Source: an uncultured Pelagibacteraceae bacterium (GTDB taxonomy: Bacteria; Pseudomonadota; Alphaproteobacteria; Pelagibacterales; Pelagibacteraceae). From it: 64,000 bases of DNA. A program made the position numbers and the translations under genes. Under the pieces are notes generated by a model. It searched no databases, was not told the origin of the DNA, and was given only the letters and a program-made list of their open reading frames with translations. The stretch covers positions 4,953-68,952 of the forward strand of contig CACIHQ010000005.1 in NCBI GenBank assembly GCA_902586495.1. The letters are read 5' to 3'. Of the stretch, positions 47,855 through 59,429 are shown piece after piece; the first letter of the stretch is position 1; every line of letters starts with the position of its first letter.

Positions 47855-49024
47855 CTATTTCGTAAAAACAGTAGTTTTATCAGTATTTTCCCAAGAAAAA
47901 GCTCCATCACTTTCAGGTGTTCTCCCAAAATGGCCATAGGCAGCTGTTTTTTCATAAATGGCCTTATTTAATCCCAACATCTCTCTAATCCCTCTAGGAC
48001 TCAAATCAAAATTTTCTTTTATTCTTTCTATGACAAACTTATTTTTATCCAAATCATCATCAAAAAGATTTACATAGATTGATAAAGGTTTTGATACTCC
48101 GATTGCATACGCCAACTGGATTAAACATTTTTCAGAAATTTTTGAAGCTACAATATTTTTCGCGATATACCTTGCGGCATAAGCGGCTGATCTATCAACT
48201 TTAGTTGGATCCTTTCCTGAAAATGCTCCACCCCCATGGGGAGCAGCACCCCCATAGGTATCTACAATAATTTTTCTTCCTGTCAGTCCACAATCCCCAT
48301 CCGGACCTCCAATCACAAAATTTCCGGTTGGATTTACATAAAATTCATCATCATTAAAATCTACCATAAATTCTTTTGGAATTGATTTTAACATATATGG
48401 CCTAAGAATTTCTCTTACCTCTTTTTGATTCACGTTGGCTGAATGCTGAGAGGATATAACCACTGACTTCACTTTTACTGGTTTTCCATTTAAATATTGA
48501 AATGTCACCTGGCTTTTAGAGTCGGGTTCAATATTTTTTAATTTTCCAGATTTTCTATCCTCAGCCATTAGTCTTAAAATTTTATGTGAGTAATGGATTG
48601 GTGCTGGCATTAAAACGTCAGTTTCATCACATGCATATCCAAACATTATTCCTTGATCTCCAGCCCCTTCATCTTTATTTCCCTTAGAATCTACTCCCAT
48701 CGCAATATCTGAAGATTGTGAGTGAAGATGAGACTCTACTTTTGTAGCTTCTTTCCAAGTAAAACCTTCTTGATCATAACCAATATCTTTAATGCAATCC
48801 CTAACATTTTTTATAAGATCTTCTTTGTTAATTTCTGGCCCTCTCACTTCTCCAGCTAGAACAACCTTATTGGTTGTTGTAAGAGTTTCACAAGCAACTC
48901 TTGCATAAGGATCTTTAGATAAATAAGTATCTACAACCATATCAGATACTCTGTCGGAAACTTTGTCTGGGTGTCCCTCGGATACCGACTCACTAGTAAA
49001 CAGAAAATTTTTTAAATTACTCAT
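47855..49024 (-). CDS. metK: S-adenosylmethionine synthetase
   Basis: [19 protein letters not shown] and [16 protein letters not shown]. Confidence 0.97.
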   Translation of the reverse strand: MSNLKNFLFTSESVSEGHPDKVSDRVSDMVVDTYLSKDPYARVACETLTTTNKVVLAGEVRGPEINKEDLIKNVRDCIKDIGYDQEGFTWKEATKVESHLHSQSSDIAMGVDSKGNKDEGAGDQGIMFGYACDETDVLMPAPIHYSHKILRLMAEDRKSGKLKNIEPDSKSQVTFQYLNGKPVKVKSVVISSQHSANVNQKEVREILRPYMLKSIPKEFMVDFNDDEFYVNPTGNFVIGGPDGDCGLTGRKIIVDTYGGAAPHGGGAFSGKDPTKVDRSAAYAARYIAKNIVASKISEKCLIQLAYAIGVSKPLSIYVNLFDDDLDKNKFVIERIKENFDLSPRGIREMLGLNKAIYEKTAAYGHFGRTPESDGAFSWENTDKTTVFTK

Positions 49025-50561
49025 CTTTAATCCTATTAAATGAAAAAATTAATAAAATATACAACAAAATTAATAGGATAAATATTTTGTTTCCATATAA
49101 AGAAAATATAGTTGGATTAAAGTCTCTTCTTTTTTCAAAATCAATAAAACCATCTTTGTTATAATCAATTTTTTTTTCGATCTCCCCTAGTGGATTAATT
49201 ATTGCTGTCATACCATTATTTGATGACCTCAAGACATATTTTCCAGTTTCAATAGCTCTAAATATACTGTGAGAGAAGTGTTGCTTTGGGCCGACAGATT
49301 TACCAAACCATCCATCTTCTGATATATTTATTATAAAGTCGTAATCATTATCTTTTATCAGATTACCACTATAAATTATCTCATAACAAATTAATGGTAA
49401 AAATTTTAAATCTTGAAAGTTATTTTTTAAATGAATAATCTTTCTTTCACCTCCCTTAGTAAAAGATCCAATGTTACTTGTGATTGTTTTTAAACCAATT
49501 TTATTAAGCAAATTTTCAAATGGAAGAAATTCGCCAAAAGGAACTAAATTTATTTTATTGTAATTTTGAACTAAATTTAATTTATTATCAATAAGTGAGA
49601 GTGAATTAAAATACTTATAATTTTCGTTTACTAATAATCTACTAGAAATTCCAAGACCTATTAAATGATTTTCATTAAAGTTTTCAGCAAATAAACTCTC
49701 ATATATCATTAATTCATCTAAATACGTATTCGGTATGATTCCTTCCGGCCACAAAAAAAAAATTTTTTTATAAGGTTCGGGTGAACTTAGATTTATTAAC
49801 TCATTTATGATTTTTTCTGCTTGATTATCACTGTAAAATCTATCTAAACTAATATTTGATCCAATTATCCTTATCAAATAAGGATTTTTTACAATTTTTT
49901 CATTTAAAAAACTTTGTTTATATAATTTTCCATAAAATAAAAATAATATTGGAATTAATAAAATAAAAATAAAAGTTAAAACTTCAACTTTTGATTTTCT
50001 TAAAATGTAAATTGCAGGTGCAGAAAAAAAACTAATTATTAAAAGATTTAGTGCGTATGTTCCGATAATGGATGCGAAACTTATAAAACTTAGTTTCTCC
50101 GAAAGACTATAAATAAATAAGTTCCAAGGAAAGCCTGTTAGAATATTTCCTCTTAAAAATTCAACTAATCCAAGAAGAAGAGAAAATAAAAAAAAAGAGC
50201 TTGGTAACGATTTTAATTCTAATTTGTAAAAAATAAATGTTGCTAGTCCATAGAATAGACCCAAAAAAGATGGGATAAGAATTAAAGCAACTGGTATTAA
50301 AAATTTAAAATTTGGATCAAAAGTAAGTGATATAGTTATCCAATATAAATTGCTTAAAAAATAACTTAGACCAAATAACCAACCATAAAGAAAAAAAAAT
50401 TTTCCATTCTTTTGATCATTAAGTTTTTTAAATAAAAAAATAAAGAAAAAGCTCAATGTAAAAAAATTTATAAAAAAATAATTTAAAGGTGGAAGACTTA
50501 AAGACGTTAGTCCTCCTAAGATTAATAAAAGTAATATTTCTATTAAAAATTTTTTATTCAA
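49017..50561 (-). CDS. lnt: Apolipoprotein N-acyltransferase
   Basis: Nitrilase-fold triad motifs [15 protein letters not shown] and ICYE; N-terminal TM domain. Confidence 0.93.
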   Translation of the reverse strand: MNKKFLIEILLLLILGGLTSLSLPPLNYFFINFFTLSFFFIFLFKKLNDQKNGKFFFLYGWLFGLSYFLSNLYWITISLTFDPNFKFLIPVALILIPSFLGLFYGLATFIFYKLELKSLPSSFFLFSLLLGLVEFLRGNILTGFPWNLFIYSLSEKLSFISFASIIGTYALNLLIISFFSAPAIYILRKSKVEVLTFIFILLIPILFLFYGKLYKQSFLNEKIVKNPYLIRIIGSNISLDRFYSDNQAEKIINELINLSSPEPYKKIFFLWPEGIIPNTYLDELMIYESLFAENFNENHLIGLGISSRLLVNENYKYFNSLSLIDNKLNLVQNYNKINLVPFGEFLPFENLLNKIGLKTITSNIGSFTKGGERKIIHLKNNFQDLKFLPLICYEIIYSGNLIKDNDYDFIINISEDGWFGKSVGPKQHFSHSIFRAIETGKYVLRSSNNGMTAIINPLGEIEKKIDYNKDGFIDFEKRRDFNPTIFSLYGNKIFILLILLYILLIFSFNRIKDE

Positions 50562-50562
50562 C

Positions 50563-51030
50563 TTAAATCAAAATTTTTTTAACTAATCTAAATATTTTTT
50601 GTTCTTCACGAAACATTATCTGATATTCCTTTTCTTTTATATGATTAAAATTTAGTAAGTGTAAAAAACCATGAATAAAAATTTTTGTAACTTTCTCTTT
50701 AAAATCATAATTATTTATGTTTTTAGGTTTATTCATATAATTAAAACTTATAATAACATCTCCTAAATAAACTTCTTTGGAATTCTTTATTTTTTTTTGT
50801 AATGGAAAAGATAACACGTCTGTATGTTTATCTTTTTTCCTAAATTTTTTATTTAATCTTTTAATATTTCTGTTGTTAGAAAGTAATAATGTTAAATAAG
50901 CTCTTTTATTTATAAATTTAAATTTTTTTGGAAAATTTCTGCATAGTTGGTTAAAAAAAAATTCTTTTTTCTTAATTTTTTTTGACCAAGATTTTTCCTC
51001 GGTAAGGACATTAACTTTGATCATTGTCAC
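50563..51030 (-). CDS. ybeY: rRNA maturation endoribonuclease YbeY
   Basis: TDVLSFP and HGFLHLLNFNH. Confidence 0.92.
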   Translation of the reverse strand: MTMIKVNVLTEEKSWSKKIKKKEFFFNQLCRNFPKKFKFINKRAYLTLLLSNNRNIKRLNKKFRKKDKHTDVLSFPLQKKIKNSKEVYLGDVIISFNYMNKPKNINNYDFKEKVTKIFIHGFLHLLNFNHIKEKEYQIMFREEQKIFRLVKKILI

Positions 51031-52015
51031 TAGTATATGCTTTTACAATTTTTGATACTAAAGGATGTCTTACAACATCTGAATGATCAAAATCTATAAC
51101 TTTAATTTCATCTAAATGGGATAATAATTTCTTAGCTCTTTCCAAACCTGACATATGTTTGTTTGGAAGGTCTATCTGCGAGGGATCACCATTAACTACT
51201 ATTTTTGAGTTTTCGCCAATTCTTGTTAAAAACATTTTAATCTGAGTGTCTGTTGCATTCTGAGCTTCATCAAGTATTGCAAAAGAATTTTTAAGAGTTC
51301 TACCTCTCATAAATGCCAATGGCGCAATCTCAATATCTCCTATTTCAATCATCCTTTGAATTTTTTCAAAATGAAATAAATCGTAAAGTGAGTCGTACAA
51401 GGGTCTTAAATATGGATCTACTTTTTCTTTCATATCTCCAGGTAAAAAGCCCAATCTTTCACCCGCCTCAACAGCTGGTCTTGATAGAATTATTCTCTCA
51501 ATCTTTTTTTCTAAAAGCATAGTAAGGCCAACAGCGACAGCAAGAAAAGTTTTTCCTGTTCCTGCTGGACCAGCAGAAATAACTATTTCACTTTCCCTTA
51601 AAGCTCTAACATATCTTTTTTGTTTTTCAGATCTTGGAATAATAGATTTTTTAGGTGTTTTAATAATATCGGTGATATTTGAGTTTTTAACTTTTTCATT
51701 AATCATAAATTGGTCCACAGATGATAAGATATCTTTATTTTCAATATTTCCATTATTCAAAAATTGGTTCACCAAAAATTGAATAGCGTTTTTAACAATT
51801 TCATTTTTTTCGTCTGAAGACTTAATAAGTATTGAATTTCCTCTGGAATACAAGCTTGCACCAGTAATTTTCTCTAATTCTTTTAAATTTTTATTAAATT
51901 CACCTACAATGCCCATCAGTAGGTTGTTATCACTAAATATCACGCTTAATGAGTTATTGTCTGAGTAAACAAATTTTAAAAGCGCTTGAGTGTCTTTTTT
52001 AATTGAATTATTCAA
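51011..52015 (-). CDS. phoH: PhoH family ATPase (YbeZ-type); TTG start
   Basis: GPAGTGKT, RPAVEAGERLGFLPG, MRGRTL and DEAQN. Confidence 0.93.
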   Translation of the reverse strand: MNNSIKKDTQALLKFVYSDNNSLSVIFSDNNLLMGIVGEFNKNLKELEKITGASLYSRGNSILIKSSDEKNEIVKNAIQFLVNQFLNNGNIENKDILSSVDQFMINEKVKNSNITDIIKTPKKSIIPRSEKQKRYVRALRESEIVISAGPAGTGKTFLAVAVGLTMLLEKKIERIILSRPAVEAGERLGFLPGDMKEKVDPYLRPLYDSLYDLFHFEKIQRMIEIGDIEIAPLAFMRGRTLKNSFAILDEAQNATDTQIKMFLTRIGENSKIVVNGDPSQIDLPNKHMSGLERAKKLLSHLDEIKVIDFDHSDVVRHPLVSKIVKAYTSDNDQS

Positions 52016-52017
52016 AT

Positions 52018-53346
52018 TTATGCAACTCTCAATTTTGAAATTTCTAAAGTTTCACCAAAAAGTGTATTTTGATTACTACTGTTAATTTTAACTTTTATAA
52101 GCTTTCCTACATCCTCATCTTTACCATCAAATATTACTGAAGTCATATAACCAGTTCTGCCAAAATACTTTGTACTTTCAGACACTCTATTTTCTACTAA
52201 CACTTCTATTACGTTACCCTCCAAAGAGCTATTCATTTTTTTTTGAAAATTAAACAATTCTTTTTGGACGGTTTTTAGTCTATCATTACTTAACTTTCGA
52301 TCAATTAATGGTAGATGAGAGGCTTTTGTGCCTGGTCTTGGACTAAATACAAAAGAAAAAGAATTTATAAATTTTATCTTTTTTATAAGATCAAGTGTCG
52401 AATTAAAATCACTCTCTTCCTCACCAGGGTAACCAATTATAAAATCACTAGAAAATTTAGCTGAGGAATTTTTTTTAATTATTTTTTCGTAAATTTGAAG
52501 ATAATATTCGATATTGTGATTTCTATTCATCAACTTCAAAATTTTATTTGAACCACTTTGGACTGGCAAATGAACAAGTGGCATTAATTTTTTCGAGGTC
52601 CCATACAAGTCAATTAAATCATCACTCATGTCAATTGGATGTGAAGTTGTATATCTAATTCTTAAAATTTCAGGAATTTTTTCTATTTCTAAAATTAAAT
52701 TAGACAACTTATAATTTTCATTATTGTAAGCGTTAACATTCTGTCCTAATAAAGTAATCTCTCTAACTCCATTTCCTGCAAGGATTTTAGCCTCATTAAC
52801 TATTTCATTAAATGGTCTGGAATATTCAGGACCTCTTGTATAAGGAACAACACAAAAGTGACAAAACTTATCACAGCCTTCTTGAATAGTTAAAAAAGAA
52901 GATATTTTTGTAGATGAGTTTTTAATTTTATCCAAATAATTGAACTTTGAAACAGCATCAAAATCAGTTTCATCCAATCTCCTCTGATTATCTAGGTATT
53001 CCTCAATCTTGTCATTAATTTTATGGTATGCTTGAGGACCAATAACTAGATCAATAAAAGGCTCTCTCTTTAACATCTCCTCGTTTTCCGCTTGAGCAAC
53101 GCATCCAGCAACTATGACAAAAGGTTTTTTTTTTAATCTAAATCTTTTTTTTACTCTACCTATCTCATGATAAACTTTTTCTTTTGCCTTATCTCTTATA
53201 TGACAAGTGTTTAGTAAAAAACAATTCGTATCGTCAAGATTTTCAGTTTTTGTAAATCCTATCTTCTTTACAGTATCAATTATTCGATTAGTGTCATACT
53301 CGTTCATTTGGCAACCAAATGTTTTGGCGAATATTTTTTTATTCAT
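52018..53346 (-). CDS. miaB: tRNA-2-methylthio-N6-dimethylallyladenosine synthase
   Basis: TFGCQMNEYD, radical SAM motif CDKFCHFC and TRAM domain. Confidence 0.96.
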   Translation of the reverse strand: MNKKIFAKTFGCQMNEYDTNRIIDTVKKIGFTKTENLDDTNCFLLNTCHIRDKAKEKVYHEIGRVKKRFRLKKKPFVIVAGCVAQAENEEMLKREPFIDLVIGPQAYHKINDKIEEYLDNQRRLDETDFDAVSKFNYLDKIKNSSTKISSFLTIQEGCDKFCHFCVVPYTRGPEYSRPFNEIVNEAKILAGNGVREITLLGQNVNAYNNENYKLSNLILEIEKIPEILRIRYTTSHPIDMSDDLIDLYGTSKKLMPLVHLPVQSGSNKILKLMNRNHNIEYYLQIYEKIIKKNSSAKFSSDFIIGYPGEEESDFNSTLDLIKKIKFINSFSFVFSPRPGTKASHLPLIDRKLSNDRLKTVQKELFNFQKKMNSSLEGNVIEVLVENRVSESTKYFGRTGYMTSVIFDGKDEDVGKLIKVKINSSNQNTLFGETLEISKLRVA

Positions 53347-53770
53347 TTTTTTTATCTATTTTGACACCATAGAGTTCCAGCTTGTGGTCAACTAATTTAT
53401 ATCCATATTTATTTGCAATTTTTTTTTGAAGTTCTTCTATATCTTCATCAACAAACTCTATAATATCACCAGTTTTAATATCAATTAAATGATTATGATC
53501 ATCATTTATTTCATATCTTGCCTTACCACCCTTAAAATCGTGTTTTGTCAAAATTCCAGCTTCTTCGAAAAGCTTTACAGTTCTATATACTGTTGCGATG
53601 CTAATTTTAGGATCAATTTTTGAAACTCTATTATACAGCTCATCAACATCCGGATGATCAGATTCACCATAGGCTTTTTTTGATTCAGAAATAACCTTAG
53701 CAATAATTCGTCTTTGATCAGTGAGTTTTACTCCTTGAGATTGACATTTTTGTTCAATTGTTTCTGACAT
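53339..53770 (-). CDS. fur: Fur (or Mur-type) transcriptional regulator
   Basis: DHPDVDELY, ISIATVYRT, ARYE, HNHLID and DHKLELYG; conserved position upstream of miaB. Confidence 0.9.
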   Translation of the reverse strand: MSETIEQKCQSQGVKLTDQRRIIAKVISESKKAYGESDHPDVDELYNRVSKIDPKISIATVYRTVKLFEEAGILTKHDFKGGKARYEINDDHNHLIDIKTGDIIEFVDEDIEELQKKIANKYGYKLVDHKLELYGVKIDKKNE

Positions 53771-53778
53771 ACATATTT

Positions 53779-54165
53779 TTAACCTGAATAGAGTGGATTA
53801 ATCAAATTTTTTTCAACTTTAAATTTCTTACATAAATCTGGGATAAATTCATATTTTACGCGTTTTTCTCCATTGAAATCTCTGAAACTAAAACAATAAT
53901 AATCAATTTTATTGACTAAATGAATAGCTTTAACGACTGATAATGAATTTCTGATGCCTGCAAAACTACCAGGTCCTCTATTTATATATATATCTGAAAT
54001 TTTTTTTAAATCTAAATTTTTTGACATTAAAAAATCGTTTAAAAGTATTATTAATCTATCATAATTTTTTTTGCTATTTTCATGGCTAACATTATAATTG
54101 TTACCGTTTACAATGATCATGAAAAAAACTTTATCGCTAGTCGCATCTATTATTAGCTTTGTCAT
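53779..54165 (-). CDS. tsaB: tRNA threonylcarbamoyladenosine biosynthesis protein TsaB (short form)
   Basis: N-terminal LIIDATS, signature GPGSFAGIR and C-terminal PLY; only 128 aa. Confidence 0.78.
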   Translation of the reverse strand: MTKLIIDATSDKVFFMIIVNGNNYNVSHENSKKNYDRLIILLNDFLMSKNLDLKKISDIYINRGPGSFAGIRNSLSVVKAIHLVNKIDYYCFSFRDFNGEKRVKYEFIPDLCKKFKVEKNLINPLYSG

Positions 54166-55174
54166 AATTCAATTATTTATTTTTACCAATTCTAATTCAG
54201 AGGAAAACAATACCAAATATTATGCAAAAGATAATGGTATTTTATCGATAATGTACCATAGATTTAACGAAAATAAGTATCCTTCAACAAATATCAAAAT
54301 GGATATTTTTCAAAAACATATAAAAATAATTAAGGAACTTGATTATGAATTTTATAATCCAAAATTTTTTATAAAAGAATTTAAAAAACCAAAAAATAAG
54401 AAGAAAATTTTGATAACCATAGATGATGGTTTCAAGTCATTCTACAATAATGCTTGGCCATATTTAAAGGAAAATAAAATTCCATTTATTTTATTCGTAT
54501 CTACAGAACCAGTCGGAAAAAATGGTTATATGACATGGGATGAAATAATTGAGATCGACAAATCTGAATTTGGTTATATTGGCCATCATTCTCATTCACA
54601 TGACTACCTAATTGATAAAAGCGAGGAAGAATTTATTAATGATATAGAGCTTGCATCAAAAATTTTTAAAAATAAATTAGGATATGTTCCTGAAATATTT
54701 TCATATCCATTTGGCGAATATTCTCTTTTTATGAAACAATACATAGCTAAAAATTTTGAAATAGCTTTTGGGCAACATTCGGGAATTATTGATGTGAATA
54801 AAGATAAATTTGAATTACCAAGATTTCCAATAAATGAGAAATATGGTGAATTAAAAAGGTTTAAGTCTATAATTAATTATTTACCACTTGAGTATAGATC
54901 ACTGGAGCCAGAGGAAAAAAAAATAAATAAAAAGAATAATCCCCCACAAATGATAGTTGAATTTTTTAATGAACAAAAAAATATAAAGAATATTAATTGT
55001 TATTCCAATGATGGTGGTAAATGGAAAAAATCAAATTTAAAAATTGATTTAAATAAACTTATGATCAACTTTGAAGATCCATTTTTACCAAGAAGAGGAA
55101 GAATTAATTGTTCGCTAATGGATAATGGAAAATGGCGTTGGTTTGGAACTCAATTTATAGTAAGCGAGAATTAG
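54119..55174 (+). CDS. Secreted polysaccharide deacetylase (CE4/NodB)
   Basis: CE4 motifs IMYHRF, ITIDDG, GHHSHSH and FSYPFGE; signal peptide from ATG 54119 (alternative ATG 54113). Confidence 0.88.
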   Translation: MKKTLSLVASIISFVIIQLFIFTNSNSEENNTKYYAKDNGILSIMYHRFNENKYPSTNIKMDIFQKHIKIIKELDYEFYNPKFFIKEFKKPKNKKKILITIDDGFKSFYNNAWPYLKENKIPFILFVSTEPVGKNGYMTWDEIIEIDKSEFGYIGHHSHSHDYLIDKSEEEFINDIELASKIFKNKLGYVPEIFSYPFGEYSLFMKQYIAKNFEIAFGQHSGIIDVNKDKFELPRFPINEKYGELKRFKSIINYLPLEYRSLEPEEKKINKKNNPPQMIVEFFNEQKNIKNINCYSNDGGKWKKSNLKIDLNKLMINFEDPFLPRRGRINCSLMDNGKWRWFGTQFIVSEN

Positions 55175-56250
55175 ATTAAACTTTCTAATTCTATACTTGA
55201 AGGAAGCAATTTTGCGTCGTCGAAATCCTGGAGATTATTTTGTTTAATAATTTTTTGTAAAACTTCAACATATTGATCACCCGTTTCTGCATATTTGTTC
55301 AAAAATTTGGAGAGTATCATACTATCCAAAGGTTTTCCTTCGTCTCTTAATTTGGCTCTCTTTTGTCTAAAATCTTTGTAAGTTGAATGTGTATTAAGAT
55401 TTCGTTGATATGCCCTGACGGATGCTTGGAGAACATTGAACTTCATTACTTTATGTCCCTCACTTTTGTCAGCATCTTTTGGTTTTAATCCCTCGCCTGA
55501 CCAAGTCCACTGTCCAAATAATGCATTACCTTCTTGAGCAAATCTTGATGTTCCCCAACCAGTTTCTTTAGCAGCTTGTGCTAATGCTAGTGAAACTGGA
55601 ATTTCATCCATTCTAACTTTAAGAGTTGATAGATCTCTTGAGGAAACTCCGTATTGTTTGTATTTTTTTTCAAGCCATTTCTTTTCTAAGTCTGTATTGT
55701 TGCTCTTATTTATAATGCTAAAGAGTCTTTTCCTATCAATCTTTATGTTGCTATTTTCTTTCAAGATTAACGGAAGGACAATCTGAATAAAAAATTCTTT
55801 TCTCTTAGAGGTGTTTTCAATCATTTTTATTTCATTTGGTAATAAAGTTAAAGCAACTGGTTTTACCAATTTTGTTTCTCTTACATCCTCTAAAGTATAT
55901 TTTGTGTCTTCAAATAATTGTTTAATAGTTGAAGCATTCAATCTTACGGTGTCATTTTCTAAATCATTTAAACTAAAAATATCAACCAATAAATCTTGTT
56001 CATTTAAAATCTTATCATTTCTCTCATTATCACTTGGTCCATTTTTAAGAGTGTAGGCTAAAACAGCTTTTGACTTATTTTGAAAAGCAGTATTTTTATT
56101 GTTTGCAAAATTTATAATGATCGGCATTGCATAAAAAAAAGTTATTAACATTACCGATGAAATAAAAACTCTTGGGATAGAGCTTATATTTTTTTTTGAT
56201 TTAAAAAAATTTATTGACTTTATTTTTTTTGTTATATTTTTTTTATACAT
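55171..56250 (-). CDS. Bax-like glucosaminidase (GH73) domain protein
   Basis: SLALAQAAKETGWGTSRFAQEGNALFGQW, NLNTH and KYAE; N-terminal TM anchor. Confidence 0.85.
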   Translation of the reverse strand: MYKKNITKKIKSINFFKSKKNISSIPRVFISSVMLITFFYAMPIIINFANNKNTAFQNKSKAVLAYTLKNGPSDNERNDKILNEQDLLVDIFSLNDLENDTVRLNASTIKQLFEDTKYTLEDVRETKLVKPVALTLLPNEIKMIENTSKRKEFFIQIVLPLILKENSNIKIDRKRLFSIINKSNNTDLEKKWLEKKYKQYGVSSRDLSTLKVRMDEIPVSLALAQAAKETGWGTSRFAQEGNALFGQWTWSGEGLKPKDADKSEGHKVMKFNVLQASVRAYQRNLNTHSTYKDFRQKRAKLRDEGKPLDSMILSKFLNKYAETGDQYVEVLQKIIKQNNLQDFDDAKLLPSSIELESLI

Positions 56251-56253
56251 AAT

Positions 56254-56793
56254 CTATATTGCCTCGACTTGTTTTACCTCTGGTATATAGTGACATAAGA
56301 GATTTTGAACACCTTGTTTTAATGTCATAGTAGAACTTGGGCAACCAGAACAACTTCCTTGTAATTGAACTTTAACTATACCATCTTTAAATTCCTTAAA
56401 TTTAATATCCCCTCCATCTCTTGCAACAGCAGGTCTGATTTTTTGATCTAAAATTTTAATAATTCTTAATTCTATCTCCTCTAGATTTTCAGGGTTCTCA
56501 TTTAAGTCTTTTTCCACGACGTATTCTTTACCTGACGAATAAAAATCATTTATTAATGATATAATAATATGTTTTATTTCCTCCCACTCAACTTCATTTT
56601 GTTTATTTACTGAAATAAAATCTTTTCCTAAAAAAATACTTTCTACACCACTAACAGAAAACAAATTTTTAATTAGTTCATTATTGGTCTCATCTTTTTT
56701 TGTAACCTCGAAAGAACCACTTTTAGAAACAGTCTTGCCGGGCAAAAACTTGATCGAGTTTGGATTGGGTGTAAATTCTGACTGTACAAACAT
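56254..56793 (-). CDS. NifU/NfuA family Fe-S cluster carrier
   Basis: Nfu N-domain TPNPNSIKF; RDGGDI and GSCSGCPSS. Confidence 0.92.
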   Translation of the reverse strand: MFVQSEFTPNPNSIKFLPGKTVSKSGSFEVTKKDETNNELIKNLFSVSGVESIFLGKDFISVNKQNEVEWEEIKHIIISLINDFYSSGKEYVVEKDLNENPENLEEIELRIIKILDQKIRPAVARDGGDIKFKEFKDGIVKVQLQGSCSGCPSSTMTLKQGVQNLLCHYIPEVKQVEAI

Positions 56794-56845
56794 AATTTAT
56801 ATATAGTCAATAATTTTTAAAATGAAACTTGTTTGTATTTGATAT

Positions 56846-57847
56846 TTAAAAACCCATGATTTCTTGAATTTTTTTAACCTTTTCTGATGCAATCTTATCA
56901 GCTTTTTGACGTCCACTATCTAATATTTGGTCTAAAAAACTTTTTTCTTTTAAAAGTTTTTTAATTTCATTCGATATAGGGATAATTTTATCAACTAAAA
57001 CTTGTGATAAATTTTCTTTAAATTCTGAAAAATTTTTTCCAGAGAATTTATTAATTGTATCATCTAAATTTACGTCAATTATACTAGAATAAATACTCAT
57101 CAAATTTTTAGCCTCAGGTCTTTTTTCTAAATCTGCGCTTGTAGCTGGTAATGGCAAAGTATCAGTTTTTGCTTTTTTTATTTTATTAATTATTTGATCT
57201 TTATCATCAGTTAAATTTATTCTACTCAGATCTGATAATTCAGATTTACTCATTTTTTTTGTTCCATCTCTTAAGCTCATAATTCTGGAAAATTTTTTTT
57301 GAATTAATGGCTCAGGTATTTTGAAAAACTCATCAACATTGAAATCATTATTAAATTTTTGTGCGATATCTCGACAAAGTTCTAAATGTTGCTTTTGGTC
57401 GTCTCCAACAGGCACGTGAGTAGTGTCATATAGTAGGATATCCGCTGCCATTAAAACAGGGTATGAGTAGAGACCAATACTTGCTTTTTCTTTATCTTTG
57501 CCAGCTTTTTCCTTAAATTGTGTCATTCTGTTAAGCCATCCCATTCTAGCCACGCAGCTCAGTATCCAAGCAGTCTCTGAATGAGCGCTCACACTTGATT
57601 GATTAAATATAATACTTTTTTTGGGATCTATACCGCTTGCAATAAAAGTTGCAGCAGTTTCATAGATATTATCTTTCAATTTTTTTGGATCTTGAGCAAC
57701 TGTGATAGCATGAAGATCGACAATACAAAATATACACTCATTTTGTTTTTCGTTATTTAGCTTAACAAAGTTTTTAATCGCACCTAAATAATTTCCAAGA
57801 TGGAGATTTCCGGTAGGCTGAACACCTGAAAAAATTTTTTTTCCCAT
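56846..57847 (-). CDS. trpS: Tryptophan-tRNA ligase
   Basis: [15 protein letters not shown] and KMSKS. Confidence 0.97.
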   Translation of the reverse strand: MGKKIFSGVQPTGNLHLGNYLGAIKNFVKLNNEKQNECIFCIVDLHAITVAQDPKKLKDNIYETAATFIASGIDPKKSIIFNQSSVSAHSETAWILSCVARMGWLNRMTQFKEKAGKDKEKASIGLYSYPVLMAADILLYDTTHVPVGDDQKQHLELCRDIAQKFNNDFNVDEFFKIPEPLIQKKFSRIMSLRDGTKKMSKSELSDLSRINLTDDKDQIINKIKKAKTDTLPLPATSADLEKRPEAKNLMSIYSSIIDVNLDDTINKFSGKNFSEFKENLSQVLVDKIIPISNEIKKLLKEKSFLDQILDSGRQKADKIASEKVKKIQEIMGF

Positions 57848-57849
57848 AG

Positions 57850-59379
57850 CTAATACTTTAGTTTAATATCACCATATTTAAAAGCTTTGATAAATAATGA
57901 AAAACTCAAATAAAATACAAGACTTAAAAAGGATGATAATATTAAATAAATAGATTTTAAATTATATTGATAAATCAATTTATTTTCAAAAAACAAAATT
58001 AAATAATTAAAAAATATTCCCATAAGTATAGAAGCCAGAAGTATCTTTAAAAATTTAATAAAGAATAAATCATTGAAATTACATAAATTATTATTTTTTA
58101 AATAAACAAATAATACAATTGCATTAAACCAAGATGAAATTGTCGTAGCTATAGGAATTATTATGAAACCAATGTCTCTGAAAAAATAAATACTTATTAA
58201 TATGTTTAAAATTACAGAAATTAATGAAATATAAAAAGGTGTTTTAGTATCCTGATTTGCAAAAAAAAATGTCGAGAACACTTTGATTAATGCGAATGCT
58301 GGCAGTCCTAAACCAAAATAGTAGAGTGCATTTGCTGAGTTAGTCACTGAAAGTTCGTCAAAATAACCATAACCAAATAATGCAGAAATAATTTGTTCTG
58401 ATCCCACAATTAAAGCGACTGAAGCAGGAAAACTTAAAAACATACTAAGCTCAAGTGCTTTATTTTGAAGTAAAAGTATTTTGCTCTTTTTTTTTAAAAA
58501 AACATGTTTAGAAAGTTGTGGTAAAACAACAACTCCAATTGCTATTCCAGCTATTGCTAGGTTTATTTGATAAATTCTATCAGCATAATATAGATAAGAT
58601 ACGGCACTGGCTTGAAAAGATGCAATTATAGTACCTACTAAAATATTAATTTGCGTTACACCAGATGAAAAAATACTAGGTAAAAGTTTTTTAAAAAAAA
58701 ATCTAACCCTATTATTAATTTTTAAATTAAAACTAAATTGAACATGATAAAATTTTTTTGTAAATTGATATAAGAAAACAAACTGTAATATTCCTGCTCC
58801 TGAAACTCCATATGATAGATAATAAATCAGTTCATCGTTGAGAAATTTACCAAAAAATAAAATAGATATTAAAACAATATTAAGAATTATTGGTGCTGCA
58901 GATGCAGCAGCAAATTTATTATGTGAGTTAAGAATTGCTGCAAAAAAAGAAGATAGGCTTACAAACATTAAAAATGGAAGAGTTATCCTTGTTAAATTTA
59001 CAGCTAACTGAATTTTTTCTGGGTTATCAACAAAACCTGGTGCTATTAATCTCACAAAAACTGGCATAAAAACTTCAATAATTAAAACTAAAAACAACAG
59101 ACCTAAAAATAATAAATTAAAAATTTCGTTTGCAAATTTTTGTGATCCAGATTTTTTTTTTACTAATTCTGAAGTATAGCTTGGTATAAAAGCTGCATTA
59201 AAAGTTCCCTCTGCAAATAATCTTCTAAAAGTATTAGGTATTCTGAATGCTACAAAAAAAACATCTGCTAAAAAACTTGTTCCAAGAAAAATTGCTATCA
59301 AAACATCTCTTAAATAACCAAGTAATCTACTTATAATAGTATAAAAACCAAAAGTCCCTGTTGACTTAACTAAATTCAT
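57850..59379 (-). CDS. murJ: Lipid II flippase
   Basis: [23 protein letters not shown] and YYADRIYQ. Confidence 0.95.
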   Translation of the reverse strand: MNLVKSTGTFGFYTIISRLLGYLRDVLIAIFLGTSFLADVFFVAFRIPNTFRRLFAEGTFNAAFIPSYTSELVKKKSGSQKFANEIFNLLFLGLLFLVLIIEVFMPVFVRLIAPGFVDNPEKIQLAVNLTRITLPFLMFVSLSSFFAAILNSHNKFAAASAAPIILNIVLISILFFGKFLNDELIYYLSYGVSGAGILQFVFLYQFTKKFYHVQFSFNLKINNRVRFFFKKLLPSIFSSGVTQINILVGTIIASFQASAVSYLYYADRIYQINLAIAGIAIGVVVLPQLSKHVFLKKKSKILLLQNKALELSMFLSFPASVALIVGSEQIISALFGYGYFDELSVTNSANALYYFGLGLPAFALIKVFSTFFFANQDTKTPFYISLISVILNILISIYFFRDIGFIIIPIATTISSWFNAIVLFVYLKNNNLCNFNDLFFIKFLKILLASILMGIFFNYLILFFENKLIYQYNLKSIYLILSSFLSLVFYLSFSLFIKAFKYGDIKLKY

Positions 59380-59429
59380 AAATCATATTAGTCTTAATTT
59401 TATCCCATTTGTACACCTAATTAACATAA

